64,000 nucleotides of DNA from Callorhinchus milii (taxonomy: Eukaryota): NCBI RefSeq assembly GCF_018977255.1, contig NW_024704743.1, forward strand, positions 104,844,001-104,908,000. Direction: 5' to 3'. Made by a program: the position numbers and the translations under genes. The notes beneath the pieces were generated by a model that searched no databases, had not been told where the DNA came from, and saw only the letters and a program-made list of their open reading frames with translations. This document shows, piece by piece, positions 62,561-64,000 of the stretch. The number at the start of each line of letters is the position of its first letter. Positions within the stretch are counted from its first letter, which is position 1.

Positions 62561-62883
62561 GGAGTCCTGTAGCTCAGTGGTTAGAGCACTCGCTTTGCAA
62601 GCGAGAGACCTGAGTTCAATTCCAGGCAGAGGGCGAAACCTTGGGCAAGTTTCCTTACTCCACACAGAGCCTAATAATAATCCCTCCAAAACCAAAAACA
62701 ATAATTAAATTGGTCATTTTCAATCTACGACTGTTTGTGGGACATTGCTGTGCGCAATTGGCTGCCGCGTTTGCCCACAAATATACAGTCAATTCACTTT
62801 ACAGTGTATTCTGTGAAGCGCTTTGGGAAGTCCTCCCAACGTGAAAAGCGCTATATCAAATGCAAGGATTATTATTATTATTA
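62561..62883 (+). mobile_element. Young tRNA(Ala)-derived SINE, full length
   Basis: A box TAGCTCAGTGG, a TGC anticodon-like loop (ctcgctttgcaagcgag), B box GAGTTCAATTCC, a Deu-like segment, the L2-shared tail and (ATT)n. Confidence 0.95.
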
Positions 62884-63319
62884 TATACTCTCAAATAGAA
62901 TGCATTCCTCTAAATGAGAACTGACAAAACTGATTGTGTACTTTCGAATGTTGCTCAGATAAAGCTTGGAAATAACAGTGTGAAAATAGCACAAGCCAAT
63001 ATACTCCTGGGCTGCTCTGTAAAAGTTCCCTTTGATCTTGGCAAGAGCTTATTTACAGCATTAAGCAACTAACAAAATGCAAGTCTCTCATTCACTTAGC
63101 TTTCTCAGTATTGTTTCGCACACAAATATACATTCAATTCACTTTACAGTATATTTTGTGAAGCACTTTGAGACGTCCAGAAGACATGAAAAGCACTATT
63201 TCAAATGCAAGGATTATTATTATTGTTTAATTCACAGTTGTGTTTATTTTTAAATGGACTATTCATAAGACAGACATTAAGGAATGATTACTGCAACAGA
63301 GTTATGATAAAGCGTATGA

Positions 63320-64000
63320 ATTTTATTGAAAAATATTTTCCCAATGATCACTGTATACAGAAGCAATCAGTTATTTATTCAAACCGATTTTCATAGAACT
63401 ACTACTGTGAGTTTATTATTAGTAATTCTATAAAAGGAAACAAACTTAAACCACATTTTCAACAGCAAAGTAAACGCTTCTAAACATGAATTCATATCTC
63501 GACCAAAACGTTACACAAAATTACACACCTATGAAAATACATCTATTGCTTGTTTAGCTACTGTTTTTAATAGATCAATTGATAGTGCAGAAAAAAAGTT
63601 CCCCCTCCCCCTCCCCCCAACATGTCTGTACAAAAGTTTAATATTTACCTGAATATCACTCCATCGATGTATTATCACCAAGATCACAATCCACCCTGGA
63701 TTTATAATGCTGGTACATCATTATAACCTATTGTACACAGTATCAATAAAAGATCAGTCAGTGCCCTCTCGCAGAGTTGTACACGTAAACAGTACCTAAA
63801 GATTCAGGAGAGGCGCAATGGAGCAGAGGCCTACAGTAAGCACATCATTGGCTATGGGGTACTGTACTAACCTGCTTAACAATTCTGACAATTTGGCTAC
63901 ATGATCCTCAAGGTCCCAGAGAGTTTGGTTTATTGGGATACCTACTATCCCGAAAATAATTCCAAAGCGACATTGAGATAACTGTCATTGTTCTCACACT
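63320..64000 (-). other. Putative 3' UTR end and polyadenylation region of an upstream minus-strand gene
   Basis: Repeat-free sequence with three minus-strand AATAAA hexamers (63322-27, 63374-79, 63412-17) and several upstream TGTA motifs. Confidence 0.4.

Noticed and set aside
62561..62632. tRNA-Ala gene (also at about 51200 and 56670)
   Set aside because: The acceptor stem is not complete and the sequence continues into SINE body and tail; these are SINE heads.
1..64000. Remaining 60-130 aa ORFs in the track; prokaryote-style operon, CRISPR or defence system
   Set aside because: The DNA is vertebrate intronic and intergenic sequence; these ORFs show no recognisable domains or derive from SINEs.

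Overview
This is AT-rich, repeat-dense vertebrate genomic DNA. The repeat content (L2 and CR1 LINEs, tRNA-derived Deu-domain SINEs, Penelope-like remnants) points to a cartilaginous fish, probably a holocephalan of the Callorhinchus type (inference). The only host coding sequence I can support is the first coding exon of a peroxidasin-family gene, most like PXDNL, on the minus strand at 47035-47195. It encodes a signal peptide plus the LRR N-cap and ends in a GTAAGT donor. I could not find exon 2 by eye, so positions 1-47034 are probably all intron 1. The far right end looks like the 3' UTR and poly(A) region of an upstream minus-strand gene, which would be PCMTD1 if human synteny holds. The rest is transposon landscape: a young L2 with an intact 583-aa RT ORF, a nested CR1>L2>SINE stack, a Tigger/pogo deletion derivative with its own small intron and CpG-rich leader, Penelope remnants with a minimal hammerhead ribozyme and a terminal hairpin, several MITE-like palindromes, and at least three SINE subfamilies whose 3' stem-loop covaries with L2 tails. 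I see no evidence of a wholly new multi-gene system; the interesting signals are RNA-structural and transposon-evolutionary.
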